A program made the position numbers and the translations under genes. Of a stretch of 64,000 nt of DNA, positions 53,165-64,000 are shown in pieces (the stretch's first letter is position 1; each line of letters opens with the position of its first letter). The notes beneath the pieces are model-generated. The model had not been told where the DNA came from. It saw only the letters and a program-made list of their open reading frames with translations, and did no database searches. This DNA is from Ramazzottius varieornatus (lineage: Eukaryota; Animalia; Tardigrada), in the NCBI GenBank assembly GCA_001949185.1, contig BDGG01000002.1:5322448-5386447 (forward strand), written 5' to 3'.

Positions 53165-53822
53165 GACACGAGGCGTCCCTCCTTAACTCCATTCAGCTGC
53201 TACGTCGTATCCATAAACCCTCGTGGTGGATGTGTAGCGTGTAACCACCTGCACCATCAATGCAGCTTCTAAGCACACAGTAGTCCACCAGGAACAGATG
53301 CGTAGTCCCAATACAGAAGTTTTGGAGATGTTGATCCTTGAAGAAATCAAAAGAATTAGATCCCAGAATCTCGAAGATCTGTCTGATACTCATTGAGATC
53401 TGCCACATGTTTCAGAGGTTGGCACGTAAGGCATAAGAGGACAGGTTTTCTGTGTATATACGAGAACTGTACGTATGTGTATGTGACATTTACAGTCAAC
53501 AGGAAATTTGCACCTCATCACATGCAGCCATATGTACGTGCTCAACCAGCACCGACCTTGTTCGGCACGCTGTATCAAACAACAGGCTATGGAAAACACG
53601 AGAGACTAGATACGAAGCCGATAGGTGAACTCCGCCAGAAGCAACCCAGCAGCCGAAGGCACAAATTATGAGTATGAAAGCTTCTTATTGAATGTCACGG
53701 TCAAACTAGCGAGCTGTTCTCGATGGGACCGGGAAGTCCTAGTTGAACAGTACAATTCGCTGAATTTCTCTCCTTAAATCGAATGTCCAAACAAAGTTCT
53801 ACACTTATGCAGCGATTCCACT

Positions 53823-53970
53823 TCATCACGGAGAACCATTAAGGACCTCCGTCAGGAGCTCCGTAACGAGTGATTCTACTTTCGATCATTTCGAGTTGGT
53901 TATGACAGGAGAAGTGGAATCACTCATTTCGGAGCTCTTGACGGAAGTCCGTGATAGCTTCTCGTAATGA
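53823..53970. repeat. Imperfect inverted repeat (~65-bp arms), probable old MITE
   Basis: ggacctccgtcaggagctccgtaacgagtgattctactt versus aagtggaatcactcatttcggagctcttgacggaagtcc. Confidence 0.75.
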
Positions 53971-54785
53971 CTTCTATATGACTTTACGTAAATTAAGAAA
54001 AGTGCGAAATGCACCGCGTCCGACCTGAGCGATAACGCGACACAACATTCGGTTGATTGAAATATATGGTGGTTTGAACGGAATACCCGGAAATATTATT
54101 GTAGCTACCTCTTCATTATTGTATTCGTTGTGAATTTATGATAATTAAGTATATATACTCGAATGAGAGGAATATACATGTAGAACTTTCGACAAGAAAT
54201 CACGACAGTTATGAGGTATATTCTACTTCCTCGTTCCAGCCAGTAATCAGAAATACGTGATGGGTCCGGAGATTGCTCCTCTCCCGAGATGACTTTTTGC
54301 GTGATGGTTTTTTCCAGTTATGGTAATGGAAAATTTTCGTAAAGAGCAAAAACGCGCCAGTTACGAGAAGTGGAATCGCTGCACTAGCCCAAACAGTGCG
54401 GTATTTCGATCCGTCCAAGACCAGAACCGACGAAGCGATCGCAGGCAATTTAGATGTTTTAATACAGATGTCCGGGAGTTTACAGACAGGAACAATATAT
54501 GAAACCTATAAAATTCAAAATACTTTCAATTCTCTTCGTAGACTCCATGCATAGTATTCAGACAAATATCACAGGGTTTCAACAGCACCGCCGAGTAAGG
54601 TTCGCACATCGGCAAACTCATCCCAATAAAACACATAGGTCTTGTAAAAGCAAAGAAACTGCAGGCTGTATAACAGCCACGGAAGCCTAAAATCTCGGCA
54701 AGGAATGGCATAAATGCCTTGAAAGGCTGACGGGGATCATCAAATGTTAGTGACCGCTAAAACCTCAAAAACTTGATAAAAAAAG

Positions 54786-57700
54786 TCACTGTGCGGACAA
54801 ATGCTTCTCTTTCAACTCTTCCTCCAGACTGCGACATTTCGATGCACACTTGTTTTCGAGCTCCTGCTGGACATGAGCTCGCTCTCTTTTCACTCTCCCT
54901 AAAAGCACTTGGACTTCCTACAAGATTAAAATCATTGCTGAAATAGGTTGTTATACCAAAATATTTCCGTATGACGATTCTTACCTCCGCCAACGTCTTC
55001 TTTCTTTCCTCGTAGAACGCGTCATACTTCTTGGCAATCGCGACAGCTTGGTGGATATTCTTCTGAGTTATATCGTCCCGTCGTTGGTCGAACTGGACCT
55101 TGTCCAAATTCTGCGCTTTCAGCTCTGCCATTTCTTTCGCCGCCACTTGGCTCAGCTTGTTCTTCATCTCGTCAACGTTAACCTTGCTGGCATTCTTCAG
55201 CTGTTCAGTCAGTACGATCTGCTGCAGTTTGATCTCTGCTTCCATCGCCTGATAGAATTCTTCGTGGTACCCCATGTTAATATCAAACTCTTTCTCATAC
55301 AGCTCTTTCCTCAGCGCACCTAACGTCTCTGCATGCTTTTTGCACAAGTCCCACCTCTGGCTTTCATGGGACTTCAACAGCGTATCCAAGTCCCGTTCCG
55401 TCTTACTTCCTTTACTTATCATCTTTTCTAACGCCATTCTTTGCTTGTTATGCTCGACCATCATTCTTCCTTGTTCTTTGTCGTAGGCGCTCTCCAAATG
55501 CTTCACGTTGGTGTCATACTTGGACTGAAGTTTCAGCAGTTCTTTGTTTTGTTTCACGCAGATCTTCTTCAGGGCTTTGCTTTGTTGTTTGAGCTCTTCG
55601 ATGCTTGGTGCGCGAACTGCGAGCAAACGATTCTGGACAGCACGGTCGTCCGAGTTCTCTGCAACGATGGAGGCACGCTTAGGAACGTGCGGAGTACCCG
55701 GAGGAGGAACGCCAGGCAAGGGCTTCGGACGGTCGCCCGACATAGATTCGGACCGAAATCTTTCCAGTGGAGAAGGTCTCGGGTCTTTGACCACTGCTGG
55801 ATCTCTGGGCGATCGGGCAAGGATGGGTGTCTCAGGACGATGGTCACCGTTGATATCCCCCTCGGAATGACTGGTGACAAGTGCCCCATTCCCACGCAGA
55901 TCTTCCACTATATAAAGTACAGTCTGCACCGAAAATATCAACGAGCACTCTACACATTCCTAAACGTGTCCGGACCACCTAATGAGGTCATAGCAAAGTT
56001 AATAGGAAGAGCACGGTGAAGGCGTACCTTGCTCAATGACTGCAGGGTCTTGGTCTTCGAGGTCCTCGGTTAGATCGAGCAGTCGGTCCAGTTTCTCTTT
56101 CCGGTGGTGTTCCAGTTGGTAGGATATGGGGTTTTCCAGGGCATTGGCCAAATCGATTTGGAAAGAAGGAACGTAATCCTATGACCGAGAGCAAATATTA
56201 GCTTGAAGCTATCCCGACGACAGGGTGAAATTAGTTACAGTGACTTGCCTTTACGTCTACGAACACGAAGACAGTGGCGGGCAAAGTCTGACCGATTTCA
56301 TTCCGTAACACCACATGCCGGTATCCGGGACTAATTTTACTAACGGGAAGAAGACAGTGTCCGATAAGACGTGACGTTCTTTCCTCCCGGACGGAGATGC
56401 GAAGGTACGCCATTTCCGGCAGAGTGACCCGGAAGGAGAAAGGCTGATTAGATTGGTCATATTGTGGATTCATTCCGTTGTTTGGGCAAGACTTTGTTCG
56501 ATGATTCTTCTTGTCGATATCTACAAGAACGCAGCCAGAGTTATCCCAAATGTACACGCAGGACTAAAAATTATGGTACTGGCCGTTTCGCTACGGCGGT
56601 GCGGGAGCACGTGCGTATGCGACCGATTCACAGTAACACATTTTTCGAAACTTTTCTACGGTCGAATTTCCATTTTGCCGTCCTTTCCGTCTGTCCCATA
56701 ATTTTTACTGTACCATAATTTCTCGTCTTGCGTGTAGCCTTCGTCACATTCTCACCAGCCACAGTACGGGAAATGCATGCACAACGAAACTGCAAGCCGA
56801 AACTGTTATGTTACAGACTCACCAACAACAATGCCATACATGTCCACCTCAACGAAGCTGGAAATACGTTTGAAGCTAAGCATCAGTCCCGACAGAATTC
56901 GAATGGTCAACGCAGCCGGTACCACCCCGTCTAGTGGCGATTCCGTGAAGGGATCCAACGTGCGGTCCTTGCGTCTCATTAGCTCCGGTTTTATTAGAAA
57001 TCCACTCCTCCCATTCTGCTCAAACATCGCGGTGTTCAGTTGCATTCCTAAAACGAAACCTCATTAATTCACCCATCACGACTCCACTTGTGTCGTTTAT
57101 ACAGTATATACCATGAAGCGCAACGTTTCCAGTTAGCGTTCAGTCAAAACATACTATTACATTACAGCATGGTGACCAGGGAGAACGGATGCAGCCAACA
57201 TACCCAAGTCCGCTGTCTGGAAGTTCAGCGCAACCATTTGGCATCCGGAAGAAAAATAGAAGAAGGGAAGGAAGTTTGTGCTCTTCTGTAAAGCGAATTA
57301 CTCCCATGGGCAACAGGTTTTCATCTGTCTTCAGGACATTAGAGCGAGGTACTTACCACGCGCGTGCCATTAGGGTATATTCTGGTCAACTGCCGCTTGT
57401 TGAAATCGATAAAGTTTACAGGGTCCTTTTTCAGTAAAAGCATCGCTCGATCCTCCACCAGACTAACGCATTCATACGCGCGATTCCGTTTCTTGGCTAG
57501 TTCGAAAGAATCCAATCGTGTCGGTTGCACGTAATTGACCTGTTGATTGATGCACAACATTACTGCCATTCTTAAACCATGTTGAGATGAAACACATTCG
57601 ACTCATTGAGCATGAATGGCACTTACCAAGGCACTGAGTTCGGTTTCCACCATCGGGTTGCCCGAAGAAACCATCTGCCCGCTTTGGGAGACGGCGGTGA

Positions 57701-60700
57701 CACTGGCATCTAGTTCCACATCCGGACTGTCGTCCGGAGCAGCTTCCTCATCAGTGTCGGAATCGTCCATGACGTCCTCCAGTTCCGGTGTCAGGCGGTC
57801 ACCTCCTGCTGGGTCTTTGTACACGTTAGGCGGGGGACCTACTGTCGGGGCACGCTTCTTGTTCTTTATCAGAATCCTATTCTTCAGGTTCTCTGGAGAA
57901 GGGAGAAGAACACCGGATTCCAGTGCGTGTGTCGTCAAGGGTTTATCCAGAAGAGCAGGACCGAAAGCCCGTCTGAGAAAATAGTACCGCACGGTAAGAA
58001 CATGGCATTAAAAAGAAACAAACAGACGAATGCGACAAACAATATCATAGAAGTTAGCTATTCTGTTTTTCTGAATATATTTCTGAAAGAATGTTGACAA
58101 AAAGACTTTTCTGAAGATATGTCAGACATCGGAAAATGACTTCGCCCAGATCGTTTTCCAAAGTGGCGCACACTTTCGGCCAATTACAATGGAAACATGT
58201 GCCACTTGAGATAACAATCAGGGTAAATCATTTGCCGACGTCCTATTTGCAGATATGCGTATTAGATCTTACTTCAGGTAGCGACCTAGTTTATCCTGTA
58301 ATCTGGCCGAACATCGGTTTTCTAATGAAAGAATCAGAGGAAAATCCGAAGTTTTGAATGCGTAGTCGGCGATTGCGTCGAGAGCTTCCTTGATGCTGAT
58401 GGGAACAGTTAGAGTTCGCCCATGCGTGATGATCGGCTCATCGTTCTCGCCATCCCATACATCAAGCTCCACGCATCGGCAGCCAGATAACAGGGCCTAC
58501 AATAGGGAACAACATGAGACTGCATGCTCTCCAGACTCTTCAAGAATCTTTGACGCACCTGTCTGTACATTTCCGCGCTACTTTTTCCCTTGATTTGAGC
58601 GCCCAGAAGGTATGTGTTGTGCGATGAACTGAAAGAAACACAGTCATAAGTAATCTAATAATAACGTAAGGTGTACTTCGCTATGAAGTGTCTGCAGTTA
58701 AAACAACTTTCAATGCCGATCAATTTTTTCTTCATTCTTATAATGGAACACTAACAATCGGCAAGTGTTTTCTTTCCCAAAGCTTTGGGAACTTTTAACA
58801 GATTGTCCAAGAAGGGAAATCAACATTTTCCATTCTCAATCCCGGTCCGTGAGAGGGACGCATTGAGTTGGAACAGACCGGCTGCATCACTCAATTCGCA
58901 GTTCACGTAGCACATAACGATGGTTGCCTTCCAGAAAGACATGGATCGCCTGTCAGTCTGGCATCGTTGCCATCATATAGAATGCTCTATTAAGACATCA
59001 ACTTCTACATAATGTACATACTTGATAAAATAACTGGAAAGAGGCTGGGTCATGTCCTGGTGGATGGTGAAGTATGACGGGTGGACGATCAGGTTCTCAG
59101 CGCTCATCAAGTACCGCATTAGGCCATCCTGCATACAAGAAGGAAAAATGAAAAATTGAATATCCAGTGCATGTCTCAATAACAGCGTTAAGCTTCATTG
59201 TACTAATGAAATAGAAGCCAGAGCTTGCCTGTGAAAGCTGGTTGGCCGTCTTCATAGACTCGTGCGGTTCAAAATCGACAATCAATTTGCGTGCACCCTC
59301 GACGGTGGCATGCGGATGGAGGATTTCATTGAGACGCGGGTCGCGCTGCGTCCGATTAAGGAAATCCTTCACTTGTTCATCCGTCAAATACTTGACACTC
59401 TTCGAACCAGTCAAGCTCGTAAAGACTTGCTCGATGGCCTTCTCTTCCCCGGGACGCGGAACTATTTGCGAGTATAACCTGCGAAATGAATACCCAACAA
59501 ATTATGAACTGCATCAAAGAGATGAAAAACTAAAACGGACCTTAGCAAATCATTCACCATGACCGTTGTCCCAAGTGCCGCACGCTCTCGTCGTTATGGA
59601 CTGAGCGCGTGCGCCACATGGAGAACGATCTGGGTGACTTCATATCTGCCGACGTCCCAAACACCATCACCGAAATTCAAGACTGAAATATAAAAAAATA
59701 TTCGCATGAATAAAGGAAAGTATCGAAGTGCGACCAACCTCAAAAAGTCTTTGAACTGGAAATTTTCCAGTAGAATCGGGTCATTTTTATGTGCTTCGAG
59801 TGCCTTTTCGCAGCGGCGCCGATCATCCTTATCGGCATAGAAATACTGAATGATATCCTTGACGGCGATTCTAACCTCAGGCGCCGAAGTTATTTTTAGG
59901 CGTGTGTATATTTTCAAGAGGGTCCTCTCCAGACTGAGGTTGTATGTTTTGAAGTTGTAAGCCAGCTGGAATAATTCCTTAGTCCAAAAGTGTGCTTCGG
60001 CGCGTTTGGCAAATATGAAGCTAATGAAGCGCAAGTCCACATAGGAACTGCCCACCACCAGAGTCATGCACTTTTCTTCCAGAGGAATATCCCGCTCGCT
60101 GCCGATTAAGCACAGCTGCAGCAGCTTCGGATCGCGTGGTAATCTGGCCCTTTTAATGAAAAAAAAGAGAAAGCATTAGCAAACAACTACCACTTAGCTG
60201 TCACGCAAGTCGCCTTGCAATGTAAAGAAAGCCAGGAAGGAAAGAAAAGCCAGTGTTACCTTTTCTCGCCGATCCGAGTGTCACGAATCGAAGCCAAGTC
60301 CAGACATTCCGACTTACGATGCTGATCCGTGTAGAAGAGGAAAAAGCAATTGGGATCGACACCTGGAAAGTCCAGCAGCTTTCGTGAAAACAACCGATAA
60401 TTAGGAGGCACAGATTAGAGCTTATTCCAGCGTAGCGGAAAAACCCAATTCTGCAAAATCAATAATATTTCCTCACTGCTCTCAAAACACAAATGGAAGG
60501 TTTCTGTTGTCATCAGCTGCAAGCGTGCGCCACTTGGGAAAACGATCTGGTTTTGGTCCATTTGCACAGCTTACAGATTATCAACCACCACCTTCCACAG
60601 ATTATCAACCACCACCTTCCACAGATTACATTTTAGAAAATTTAACTCGTTTTTCCCATTGTGGATATCAAAAGTATACAGTATCACATGACTTCAACAT

Positions 60701-60890
60701 GTTAATGTTCGTATCAGCTAATGCGATGACAACGCGAAGTCTTTGAGGTTTGCCTACCGATGGTGACCGCGAGGACCTGGAGAGCTCCATGTTCATACTT
60801 GAGGGCTTTACATCCAGAAACCAGCGCTTGAGGCAACGTCAGCTCCCTTTGGAAGCTTTTTTCGTAGCTGGAAACTGCAGGCATCGGCAT
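54786..60890 (-). CDS. PLCB: Phosphoinositide phospholipase C beta (PH, EF, X-Y, C2, C-terminal coiled coil)
   Basis: [36 protein letters not shown]|[75 protein letters not shown] and a long helical CTD ending HLSAQ*. Confidence 0.93.
58145..58223. mobile_element. ~75-bp palindromic element family (PLC intron)
   Basis: cccagatcgttttccaaagtggcgcaca-ctttcggccaattacaatggaaa-catgtgccacttgagataacaatcaggg. Confidence 0.8.
59555..59636. mobile_element. ~75-bp palindromic element family (PLC intron)
   Basis: gaccgttgtcccaagtgccgcacg-loop-cgtgcgccacatggagaacgatctgggt. Confidence 0.75.
60503..60552. mobile_element. ~75-bp palindromic element family, loop plus right arm (PLC intron)
   Basis: tttctgttgtcatcagctgcaag-cgtgcgccacttgggaaaacgatctggtt. 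Confidence 0.65.
60573..60628. repeat. 24-bp tandem duplication (acagattatcaaccaccaccttcc x2.3) in a PLC intron
   Basis: Directly visible. Confidence 0.85.
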
Positions 60891-62899
60891 GATGTTCCCT
60901 CAAACTTCAACAGCGATCACGAGCCAGACGGAGTCCTGTCGAGACAGACAAGAAAGAAGGTCAAATACATATAAGTCCAACATGCATGATGTGACATATG
61001 TGATCGAGCGGATTCATATACAGGGCAGGTTTATTTGATATGCCTAATGCCTTTCCCCATATGGAGTCGTTATAGTCTCCGACCGGCGAGCACTCTAACC
61101 CGAATAAGAATAAAAGGCGACGGTGCGTTCAGTAATATTAATTTGAAAGCAATATAATCCCGTTGGCGGTGATGTACTCTCCGTTACTGACGCTCGGTCT
61201 TTTATGCTCCCAGATGTATGTTCCGTATAAACTCAACATGCAACCAGATTTTAACGTCGCCATCGATTATACTCAAGCAAAAGCCGCCAAATCCACTCAT
61301 TTTCCGCCGTGGCGGAATATGCCAGATTTTTGATGGGATATCGTCGAAATATTGATAGAAAACCACTTCACGTGGTCCCTGTTGGTATTCTTCAGCGATA
61401 TTAAAATTCGTAAGTCATCCACAATAATCCTCGGGTCGGAATAGGACCATTAAGTGAATATTCTCATTAGAATACTTGAAAGCACTTTGCCCACTTTTTG
61501 CCCTCTCCTGCAGATAACAGAGTGGAGGGCGAATAAACCTTCCACCCCTCCAGGTCTCCCGTCTTCAGAAACCATCTCGCAAACCCACCTTCTTCCGATG
61601 TTTCGCCACTTCCGTCTGAGATACGACATATCAGCAGAGCAACGCTTTCAGTTCCTATCTAAAATTCGATTTTGGTGGATAACAGATACCTATCAACTGT
61701 CAAGACTTCGATCAGACTGTATGGACCCTCACACTAAGTCTTCAAAAAACTCGGCAATAACAGGATGGAAAAATTGCTGATAAGGCAACTAAGACGCGCA
61801 AGACATGCATCTTCGTTGTATTGCAGCTAATGATGGGAAGCCATACATGCAAGTACAGACTAAGGTTCCTTACCTAGTGGTTTATGATTGTCTGATAAGA
61901 GTACTGTGGCACTTCCGGCTCCACAAGTCCCAGGTCCAATGCCGGAAATGCTGTACTAATCATATTGTAGCTCCAGCTTGAAGCAGGTATGGTGAAGAAA
62001 AAACGATCGAAGACGAATAAATGGTAAAGTCAACAGGCAGCATTCATCCGTGATACGTTTCTCCTGAAAAAGTTCCATTGTTCCATGTATACAAAAGATC
62101 TGAAAATCTTTCTATGTAGAGTGTAAGCGTAAATTCTTACCAGTCAAAGAATCCATTCGTTGCATTCTCCAGACTTTCTGGGCAGGGGAAGACATAAGAG
62201 GCGACATGGGTTCAACATGTGTGATGATCGCAGTTGACTACCATTCATGGAGGCGAAAGCGAAGAGCTGGTTGTGTCAGGGATGATATGGTCCAAAAGGC
62301 TGATGGGTTCAAACAGTCGCAGAGATTGATCGCCAAGCCCTGCGTGCAATATAAAGATGATATAGAAGTAATAGCGAGATGATGATACTGCAATTACCAC
62401 TGGATCGAACAATCGATCGGAGTATGGGCGCTGTGCTTGCATTCACAGTTCCATACAGACTGCGAGTATTCCTTACTCTGTGCGAGCTGCGAGATCCGAT
62501 CCGTAGATCGACAGCCTCCAGTTGCCGACTGCTCAAATGAAATTTACAGCACGCGACTTCAAGATCAAACACTCCACCAAGTGATCCCTAAATGCAGCAG
62601 CCTATGTGTGTTTTCCAGCATATTCCCACTCCCACTTCGCGGCTTCCTGCAATCCCAGATGTTAATCCCCTAAGTTTGGATACAGATCACGTATACTTAC
62701 AGTACTTGGTCCTCCGCTAAATCGACCAGCCCTCCTTCTTCGTAATGCAGTCAACAGTCTTCAGAATCTCCAACACACGTTCAGCCACCAACAGAGTGAC
62801 CCATAACAAAAATATCCGAGAATAAAACTCGACGGAAAGTTATAATAGAAAACGACCAGAAGTTAAGGGTAAACTCCTTGGCTAACTTAAATTGAGAAA

Positions 62900-62930
62900 A
62901 CGGGGCGGATCCGCATAAAGGGCGGATGAT
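62900..62930. promoter_or_regulatory. Two GC boxes (GGGCGG) between the divergent PLC-beta and ESYT-like genes
   Basis: ggggcggatc and gggcggatg, with 5'UTR-type splice donors on both sides. Confidence 0.4.
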
Positions 62931-63770
62931 GAGAATTTTTATATAACGCGGAAGCTATTCTCTGGAGTCTCGACCTCTGGTCCCGAAAATGCGGACCTCT
63001 GTAGCCATTGCAGTTTCACTGATGGAAGAAGCCTTCTGTGTTCCAGGTCTTCTGAGCGAAGAATCTGATTCTCGCAACTTCGTCGCTCTCTGAAGTCGAT
63101 TTAAGTACGTACGTTTACACTTGGCCTTGGGTGTTTGAATCAGCTGTTTTCTGGTTGAAGACTGAAACTCTCTGATTGAGGAAATCAGATCTCAACGGCT
63201 TGTGGAGTCTGGGCACTTCCGGCAAGCTGAGCCGTGTTCTCGTAGAAGTTGTTATCACGACTTACGAGAATCTTTACAATTAACTCAGCGCGGACATTTT
63301 TTTATGAGAAGGACAAGGCAGAGGAAGCAGCTCTCTGCACTCTGCAGCAGCAGTACCTACCACCGCAAGAAAAGAGGATTGCTTACAGTGAGTTCGCTCG
63401 CATTAGTAGTGAACCAAGCCAGTGTTTTCCTTCATGCTGTTCAAACCGGTTGCATGCATGTAAGGCGTCAGCCAACTTCCGCTGGCATGCCTGAGCACAA
63501 CCGCATTTCTCTTTTGCCGTTTTTGTTGCAGGCATATGCACACCGAAATTCCACCATGATCGCACGTTGTTGCAAGGAGGATTTGTTGTTCTCCTAACAG
63601 TCGCCCACTTGGAAGATTTGAATCAAGATTCTCCAAGTATGAATGCCAGTTCGCTAACTACTCGTAGTTTACTCAAGCTCAGCTCGTTTCCATCTCTGGT
63701 ATTGTAATAATTTGCACGTGTTTTCGTAGGATCTTATCTCTTTTACGTGGTTTATCCGCCCGCATCAAAA

Positions 63771-63917
63771 ATGGAGAACATCCCTCTGAATCTTCCCTTC
63801 TTGTCCTCGTTGCCGTTCTTCAGTTCGTCCACCGTCGCCTTCGCCTGTCAGGTGGTGCTTATGGTCCTGGCTTGGTTTGTGGGAAGGATCCACTGGAGCC
63901 TTTGGTGGATTGTTCTG
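63771..63917 (+). CDS. First coding exon of a probable extended synaptotagmin/tricalbin-like membrane protein (continues beyond window)
   Basis: MENIPL...QVVLMVLAWFVGRIHWSLWWIVL then a GTATGT donor; resembles the ESYT hairpin membrane anchor. SMP/C2 domains are not in the window. Confidence 0.45.
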
Positions 63918-64000
63918 TATGTTTGTCTTTTCACATAAGACTCGAAAGTCCATATCGCCTCTCGACCTTCTAGTTATTTGTGTCGTCTTGGTATTTTTCT

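Noticed and set aside
54757-55941. 394-aa ORF as a separate coiled-coil gene
   Set aside because: It is the C-terminal domain exon of PLC-beta read through a short intron.
60425-60451. Extra PLC-beta microexon with a non-canonical donor
   Set aside because: Exon 1 splices in frame directly to the VDPNCFF exon and aligns with PLC-beta without it.

Overview
Gene-dense, intron-rich eukaryotic (invertebrate animal) DNA with mostly 55-100 nt introns and two 50-N gaps. The style suggests a compact ecdysozoan genome such as a tardigrade (inference, not verified). No prokaryotic features, CRISPR, rRNA or tRNA were recognised. Gene order: RBM5/10(+), cytoplasmic dynein intermediate chain(-), STX17(+), RFC4(-), DDI1(+), a ~11 kb gene-poor tract, POU class III/vvl(-), a ~14 kb tract with orphan and decayed ORFs and a foldback element, NR4A/Hr38(-), DNAJB11(+), Golgi MAN1A(-), PLC-beta(-) and the start of an ESYT-like gene(+). 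The most notable structures are: (i) a dispersed ~70-80 bp palindromic element with about 13 copies, mostly intronic; (ii) frame-preserving small exons in the dynein intermediate chain that resemble the Drosophila Cdic variable exons, next to a MITE hairpin; (iii) a 15-nt microexon inside the POU domain; (iv) an ERSE/UPRE plus CRE/MEF2/NBRE region between the divergent NR4A and DNAJB11 genes. No wholly new multi-gene system can be firmly supported from the sequence alone.
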